A DNA stretch of 64,000 nt from contig CAKKNE010000006.1 in NCBI GenBank assembly GCA_918797485.1, positions 2,852,001-2,916,000 of the forward strand. Direction: 5' to 3'. The stretch comes from Pelagomonas calceolata (lineage: Eukaryota). The translations under genes were made by a program, and so were the position numbers. A model generated the notes under the pieces. It saw only the letters and a list, made by a program, of their open reading frames with translations, searched no databases and was not told where the DNA came from. The stretch's first letter is position 1. Each line of letters begins with the position of its first letter. Positions 63,033 to 64,000 of this stretch are shown here, in pieces.

Positions 63033-63959
63033 TTACTCACGGTAGGACGCCTTGCGCCGCGCCTCCCGCTTCTCAAATTCGGCCATCTCCGCGGCCGTGA
63101 TGACGCCGTCGCCATCCAAGTCCATGGCCCCGATGTGCTCCTCGAAGGCGCCGCCCGCCCACCGAGGCTTGTAGGAGCCACCGGCTTGAAAGGGCTGCCT
63201 CGGCTTCGAGCTGAAGGGCCTCTTCTTTCTCTCCTCCATAAAAAAGTGCTCCTGGCGCATCTGCTCCTGCTTGGTCGTCTCGAACATGTGGCCCTTGGCC
63301 TTCATGGGTACGGACGGATCAAAGACGCGCGTCTTGTTGTAGCACATCTTCTCTGCTGCCGCGTCGTTCAGATCATTAGGAAAGTCGCGACTGAAGGGCG
63401 GGGCCTCGCCGCTACTCCGCGCGGACGTATTCACGAGCAGCTTCTCGCCCTTCTTGTACGTGCGCTCCGTCATCTTCGATGGACTTAATTGTTCGCGAGT
63501 GTAGCACTTCAATGCGGCTTGCGCGGCAGAGACCGGTCTACGTCTTTGCATCGGATTGTCATACCCTCTAAAATAAGGAGACCAGTCGGGCACGCCCTGC
63601 TTGTCGTCTTGGGCCTTCTTGTCCGCCGCCGCTCGGCCGGCGCCGCCGTCGAAGGGCTGGGTAAAATCGACTGGATACTGTCTCAATTTTTGCGGGATGA
63701 GTTCGCCGCACACCAGGTTCTTGCGCTTCGACTGGTCGGCGCCCTCGTACGAACTTCGGAAGTAGGGGCTCCAGTCCGGGTGCCGGTCCGCGCCCTTCGC
63801 CTTCATACGTTTCTCACGTTCGGCCTGCTGGTAGCGGCGCTGGCGCCGGCATTCTTCCACATAGTCCTCGACGGGCGCGATCTCGAGATTCTTGGGGTTC
63901 TTGTAGATGTCAAAGGCCTTGAATTTGCGCGACGTGCCGGGGCCGCCCTCTGTAGCCAT
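63033..63959 (-). CDS. hypothetical protein with one C-terminal EF-hand
   Basis: DLDGDGVITAAE canonical EF loop; internal repeat PDWSPYFR x2. Confidence 0.7.
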   Translation of the reverse strand: MATEGGPGTSRKFKAFDIYKNPKNLEIAPVEDYVEECRRQRRYQQAEREKRMKAKGADRHPDWSPYFRSSYEGADQSKRKNLVCGELIPQKLRQYPVDFTQPFDGGAGRAAADKKAQDDKQGVPDWSPYFRGYDNPMQRRRPVSAAQAALKCYTREQLSPSKMTERTYKKGEKLLVNTSARSSGEAPPFSRDFPNDLNDAAAEKMCYNKTRVFDPSVPMKAKGHMFETTKQEQMRQEHFFMEERKKRPFSSKPRQPFQAGGSYKPRWAGGAFEEHIGAMDLDGDGVITAAEMAEFEKREARRKASYRE

Positions 63960-64000
63960 CGGACTGTGGTTGTTGCGACCGCGACGGCGGCGCTAGGTGG

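Noticed and set aside
1..64000. tRNA/rRNA genes or an autonomous transposase
   Set aside because: None recognised by eye; tRNAscan-SE, Infernal and TE-domain searches were not run
1..64000. Functional cluster of plastid genes
   Set aside because: Plastid-targeted genes are interspersed with unrelated nuclear and mitochondrial functions, with no evidence of pathway clustering

Overview
Gene-dense, GC-rich eukaryotic nuclear DNA, most likely from a pelagophyte stramenopile alga (Pelagomonas/Aureococcus-like). This assignment is an inference from ASAFAP-type plastid presequences, an Lhcr-type antenna gene, nuclear Ycf48, a zf-MYND/RING/TPR family and Introner-style introns. About 30 protein genes or fragments are present. 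They include organellar TsaD, a ~2,476 aa multi-C2 protein, a TALE homeobox+PDZ-like protein, nucleoredoxin, LHC, a CP12-like protein, a double-domain IDO-like protein, a PHD protein, pyruvate carboxylase, an ankyrin protein and Ycf48/HCF136. Two non-coding systems recur across the window. (1) About 23 short spliceosomal introns were reconstructed by hand; about 5 have GC donors, most carry a shared core CCACGCCATCGACGCGACG, and two have clear 13-14 bp TIRs plus 8 bp TSDs (Introner elements). (2) A ~26-28 bp imperfect palindrome, consensus TTGCTAGCG(G/T)C(C/A)TGTAAGACACTAGCAA, occurs in about 12 recognisable copies. It is always intergenic, usually 45-190 bp upstream of a start codon, and usually points toward that gene. 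I do not recognise it and rank it as the best candidate for an undescribed system. Splice sites and starts are predictions from sequence only.
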